From: Eledone cirrhosa
Taxonomy: Eukaryota
Assembly (NCBI GenBank): GCA_964016885.1
Contig: OZ024751.1
Coordinates: forward strand, 41,602,001 to 41,666,000
Direction: 5' to 3'
Length of the DNA: 64,000 nucleotides
Below are positions 58,470 through 64,000 of this stretch, one piece after another. Both the position numbers and the translations under genes were made by a program. Below the pieces are notes generated by a model. It had not been told where the DNA came from and made no database searches. It worked only from the letters and a program-made list of their open reading frames with translations. How positions within the stretch are numbered: position 1 is the stretch's first letter; every line of letters starts with the position of its first letter.

Positions 58470-59483
58470 CCAGCATAGTTACGTCCCTTTACGATCTGAG
58501 TTCAAATCCAGCCGAGATTTACTTTTCCTTTCATCCTTACGGGGTCGATAAAATAAAGTACCAGTAATGCACTGGGGTTGATTTAAACAACTTTACCCTT
58601 CCCTTCAATATTTGCTGGTCTTGTGCCTGAATTACAAATCAATACGAGACACAATTATTATTCCATGTAAAATACTTTAGTACGGACCAAAACTAACTAA
58701 ACTTGTTGCATTTTATAGATTTTAGGTCGGAGTTTCTAACTTTTTAATCACCGCAATCTATACTGTAGTTAGTAATAATTGTTTCTACTTTAGGCACAAG
58801 GCCAGCAATTACCCAGTGCATTACTGGTACTTTATTTTATCGACCCCGTAAGGATGAAAGGCAAAGTCAACCTCGGCGGGATTTGAACTCAGATCGTAAA
58901 GGGACGTAACTATGCTGGAAAGCATGGCGTCCGACCCTCTAGCGATACTGCCAATCCACCGTAGTTAGTAATAATATTAGTAGCAACAATATTACTAACA
59001 TCAATAAACAAGGGTGTAGTGTCTGTACCACCCTCCTATCCTTTTCTTTCATTGCTTAATTCTTTTTTTTTATTTTCATTTTTTTCTATTTTTTAGCTCC
59101 CATTAAAAGTGGGTTTTGTTGTTTTTTTATATAAACAACTTTGTAAAATAACATAAAACGTTTTTATTCAGTAATAATTGTTTCTACTTTTAGCACAAGG
59201 CCAGCAATTACCCAGTACATTACTGGTACTTTATTTTATCGACCCCGTACTTTTACCTTTAAGAAAACTGGACTAGAAGCTAGTGAAGGGAGAGGGTGGA
59301 TTGGCAGTATTGATAGAGGGTCGGGCGCCATGCTTTGAAGCATAGAGTTACTTTCCTTTATGATCTGATTTCAAATCCCGCCGAGGTTAACTTTGCCTTT
59401 CATCCTTACGGGGTCGATAAAATAAAGTACCAGTAATACACTAGTATAATTGCTGGCCTGGTGCCAAAAGTAGAAACAATTAT
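58470..59483. mobile_element. SINE family A copies (58470-58630 +, 58774-58961 -, 59172-59248 -, 59295-59483 +)
   Basis: Matches to the family consensus. Confidence 0.8.
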
Positions 59484-59614
59484 CTTCCTTATAGACAAGG
59501 GATAAAGTGGCAACTCTCACACAAACAGATACCTCGTCAAAGCTAGATCGAGTTAATTTTTTAGTGTTAGATATATATATATATATATCCATATATACAT
59601 ATATATATAACGAA

Positions 59615-59950
59615 GGAAGTGTGGTAAGGAATCAGATGGACCATAACGCACCAGAGTACTCAATACTTAAAGTAGTAGAGTCCTATATATATATATATAT
59701 ATTGTAACTTTGTAGCTTTGTAGCTTTAATAGTCTGTCAGGAGGAAATGACTATAATTTTATAATTTTATAATTTTATAATTTTATAATTTTATAATAAG
59801 GAAGTGTGGTAAGGAACCAGATGGACCATAACGCACCAGAGTACTCAATACTTAAAGTAGTAGAGTCCTATATATATATATATATATTGTAACTTTGTAG
59901 CTTTGTAGCTTTAATAGTCTGTCAGGAGGAAATGACTATAATTTTATAAT
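59615..59950. repeat. Local tandem duplication including an F13 fragment
   Basis: GGAAGTGTGGTAAGGAA...GTCAGGAGGAAATGACTATAATTT occurs twice, separated by (ATAATTTT)n. Confidence 0.85.
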
Positions 59951-60076
59951 TTTGTAATTTTATAATTACTATTTCATTACAGTATAATCTCTGGTTGAGG
60001 TTGACTTTGCTTTCATCCTTACGGGGTCGATAAAATAAAGTACCAGTAATGTACTGGGTAATTGCTGGCCTTGTGC

Positions 60077-60115
<39 letters not shown>

Positions 60116-60385
60116 AAATATATATATACATATACATATATATATACATATACATATTTATATATATACATATGTATATATATATATGTATATATATATT
60201 TATACGTATATATACGTATATATATATATATGTGTGTGTATATATATATATATATGTACATACATACATACATATATATATATATATATGTACATATATA
60301 TATATATATATATGTACATATATATATATATATATATGTATGTACATATATATATATATATACGTATCTCTCTCTATATATATAA

Positions 60386-60432
<47 letters not shown>

Positions 60433-60457
60433 ATAGTAGTAGTAGTAGTAGTAGTAA

Positions 60458-60488
<31 letters not shown>

Positions 60489-60515
60489 GGTGGTGGCGGT
60501 GGTGGCGGCGGCAGC

Positions 60516-60568
<53 letters not shown>

Positions 60569-60570
60569 CG

Positions 60571-60601
<31 letters not shown>

Positions 60602-60626
60602 CAGCAGCAGCAGCAGCAGCAGTAGC

Positions 60627-60673
<47 letters not shown>

Positions 60674-60701
60674 CAGTAGTAGTAGTAGTAGTAGTAGTAG
60701 T

Positions 60702-60736
<35 letters not shown>

Positions 60737-60849
60737 AAGCAGCAGTAGTAGTAGTAGTAGTAGTAGTAGCCGCTTTTGTTGTTGTTATTCATGTTGTTGA
60801 TCTTAGTTACTCTTAACTGCAGCTCGCTGTTGTTCTTGTCATTATTGAT

Positions 60850-61475
60850 ACTGCTGCTGTTGCTGGTGCTGCTGTTGGACGTGCTTCTGCTGCTGATGGT
60901 GCTGTTGGTGCTTCTGTCGCTGCTGCTGCTGTTGGACGTGCTTCTGCTGCAGATGGTGCTGTTGGTGCTTCTGTTGCTGGTGCTGCTGTTGGACGTGCTT
61001 CTGCTGCTGATGGTGCTGTTGGTGCTGCTGTTGCTGGTGCTGCTGTTGGACGTGCTTCTGCTGCTGATGGTGCTGTTGGTGCTTCTGTCGCTGCTGCTGC
61101 TGTTGGACGTGCTTCTGCTGCTGATGGTGCTGTTGGTGCTTCTGTCGCTGCTGCTGCTGTTGGACGTGCTTCTGCTGCTGATGGTGCTGTTGGTGCTTCT
61201 GTCGCTGCTGCTGCTGTTGGACGTGCTTCTGCTGCTGATGGTGCTGTTGGTGCTTCTGTCGCTGCTGCTGCTGTTGGACGTGCTTCTGCTGCTGATGGTG
61301 CTGTTGGTGCTTCTGTCGCTGCTGCTGCTGTTGGACGTGCTTCTGCTGCTGATGGTGCTGTTGGTGCTTCTGTCGCTGCTGCTGTTGTTGGACGTGCTTC
61401 TGCTGCTGATGGTGCTGTTGGTGCTTCTGTCGCTGCTGCTGTTGTTGGACGTGCTTCTGCTGCTGATGGTGCTGC
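60850..61475. repeat. 57-bp GC-rich tandem repeat, ~11 units
   Basis: Unit GCTGCTGCTGCTGTTGGACGTGCTTCTGCTGCTGATGGTGCTGTTGGTGCTTCTGTC. Confidence 0.95.
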
Positions 61476-61890
61476 TACTGCTGCTGCTACTGCTGCTACT
61501 GCTGCTACTGCTGCTGCTGTAGTAGACATAATTGTTGCTGCCAGCGATCCAAATGTCCGGTTAGGTCTGGCCTGGGGTGTCTTTTTACTATTTATATATT
61601 CTCTCTGTAACTCTCTCTCATTCACGCTCTCTCTCTCACTCACACTCTCTCTCTCACTCACACTCTCTCTCTCACTCATACTCTCTGTCTCTCTCATTCA
61701 CGCTCTCTCTCTCACTCACACTCTCTCTCTCACTCACACTCTCTCTCTCACTCATACTCTCTGTCTCTCTCACTCACACTCTCTCTCTCATTCACACTCT
61801 CTCTCTCATTCACACTCTCTCTCTCTCACTCACACTCTCTCTCTCATTCACACTCTCTCTCTCTCACTCACACTCTCTCTCTCATTCACA

Positions 61891-61948
<58 letters not shown>

Positions 61949-62122
61949 CGAAGGAAATGTGGTAAGGAACCAAGTGGACCATAACGCACCAAAGTACTCA
62001 ATACTTAGGGTAGTAGAGTGGGTAATAGGAACGAGTAGGACCCAGAATTAGCCGTTGAAACGGCTTGAGCCAGAATTAGCCGTTTAAACGGCTTGAGCTC
62101 AGCCGTAGGGGTCCTACTCGTT

Positions 62123-62218
<96 letters not shown>

Positions 62219-62825
62219 ATGTATATATATATATACGAGTATATATATATACACAATGCCAGATTTGAATATTGTCTGACGCTCTACCGATTCTGCCAAT
62301 CCACTGCCCTAAATCTATCAATAATAATCATTCGACTCAGGCCAATGAGGTAATTCGATATTCGAAATTTCAAACTTATTCAATGGGTAATATAAACTCT
62401 GTTTCTTTATCACATAGCAATCTCTGAGCTACTCTTATTTGTTAAGATGCAGTAGTTTTAAGAAACATATGCATGTGTAACATTCATTTTAACTTAGAGC
62501 TATCGTTATGTCAACTGCAGGCGAATGTCTAATGTGAATGCTACAAGCAAATGTCCGCCATACTATTCCCTAGGGTATAGTTTCCATTGGAGTTGAATTC
62601 TTAATAGGAACAGATGATAAATATTTTACACCAGTCAACGAAATCAAATGAAATAATTTCTTCCTACGGAAATACTATATATATGTTTGTGTGTGTTTGT
62701 GTATGTGTATGTGTGTGTGTGTGTGTGTTAAGTATTTCCGTAGAAAAGGTAAAGGAAAGAAGTGACCTCTATGTATAGTACAGAGATATTTAATTACATA
62801 ATAAATAATTATTATATATAATTAT

Positions 62826-62893
62826 TCCATTACCAAAGGTTTTGAGAAACTAGATGATTCTTACAGAAATGTTCAACCCGTTCATCAGTTGGA
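62826..62893 (-). ncRNA. Degenerate hammerhead related to F4
   Basis: TCCAA CTGATGA ... AAAA CCTTTGG TA ATGGA. GAAA is mutated and P2 is poorly paired. Same ATGGAATAAT 3' flank as F4. Confidence 0.4.
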
Positions 62894-62938
62894 CGTAATG
62901 GAATAATTATATTGTGCTGTTTATTATGTAATTATATA

Positions 62939-62973
<35 letters not shown>

Positions 62974-63013
62974 CTCGTTTTTTTTTCATTTTGTAAAAAA
63001 AAACCTCACTTTG

Positions 63014-63065
<52 letters not shown>

Positions 63066-63412
63066 GTGACGTTTTTTTTATACAAAATGAAAAAAAACGA
63101 GGTGTCCTACACGAGTGAAAGTATAAGGAAAAAAGATGAAATCGAAAATGCAACTGGAGTCTTTTTTTTTTAAATATATTTATTTGTCCAGATGTGAGAA
63201 AAACCACAAACCCTCCATTTCAATTATACTTTTGAAAAGCACAAGGACTGCGAAACCGGTAAAGGAACCAAATAAATATATTTAAAAAAAAAAGACTCCA
63301 GTTGCATTTTCGATTTCATCTTTTTTCCTTTTATATATATATATATCATCATCATCATCATCATCATCATCATCGTTTAACGTCCATCTTCCACGCTTGC
63401 ATGGGTTTGGAC

Positions 63413-63447
<35 letters not shown>

Positions 63448-63655
63448 TTGTCGGCTACTCGTATAGGCGACTGAAAAGTCCGTAGGCTGACCAAGATACT
63501 CTCATGGAATGACCAAATGATGTTTCTTTTTCTACACAGTCTCTGGAAAGAAACAATTCAGTTATTAATAAGAAGAGTTGAAATTAATGCATGCAAGATT
63601 TCACAGCTCTAGCATCAATTCTTCATAGTTAGCCTATGGATTTTTTTACACTCTC

Positions 63656-63686
<31 letters not shown>

Positions 63687-63774
63687 CTCTCTTTCTTTCT
63701 CTCTCTCTCTTTCTATCTTCCTCCTCTCTCTCCCCCTCTCCCCGTCCCTCTCTGCCCCTCCTCCATCTGAATAG

Positions 63775-63945
63775 GCTATGCTACGCCGTGAGATGTGTCG
63801 TGGGAGACCTTTCACAGTATCCTTTTTTCTCCAGAAAAGGAGAAGAGTTGAGCGAAGGGTTAGCAGCTTCTTCTCATATAACAACAAATATGCTAGAGTG
63901 ACCACCAAAGACAACATAATGTTCAGTAACAGCACGGAACAATGA
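63775..63945 (+). CDS. Candidate terminal coding exon (AMLRREMCRGRPFTVSFFLQKRRRVERRVSSFFSYNNKYARVTTKDNIMFSNSTEQ*)
   Basis: Long polypyrimidine tract, then TAG|G acceptor at 63774, followed by an open non-repetitive frame to TGA. No homology verified. Confidence 0.4.
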   Translation, partial: AMLRREMCRGRPFTVSFFLQKRRRVERRVSSFFSYNNKYARVTTKDNIMFSNSTEQ

Positions 63946-64000
63946 AATAACTAAAACAATGTAGATAATATCAATGACAAATAATTTCCGGTTTATTTCA

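Overview
Eukaryotic, extremely microsatellite-rich, almost entirely non-coding DNA. Long (TA)n, (CA)n, (GA)n, (TACA)n, (ACT)n and (GGT)n tracts and the SINE types point to an Octopus-like cephalopod genome (inference). Nearly all ORF-track entries are translations of simple repeats. Recognisable content: two tRNA-derived SINE families, mariner-type and piggyBac-type MITEs, four copies of a ~600-bp RTE-like non-autonomous element in (TATG)n, decayed RTE and R4/Dong-like LINE remnants, several minisatellites, and a few weak candidate exons. The main signal is a dense set of small type I hammerhead ribozyme (HHR) motifs: about 12 sequence-unrelated families and more than 25 copies, folded by eye. 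Most have a palindromic helix III, several are followed by AATAAA, and they sit in short elements inserted in (TA)n tracts, often as head-to-head inverted repeats that pivot at or near the ribozyme. This architecture matches pLTR fragments of Penelope-like retroelements (PLEs). Unusual variants include a U3-A8 core family, recurrent U10.1 helix II closures and a shared C-C mismatch in helix II. No cleavage activity, database match or alignment was computed.
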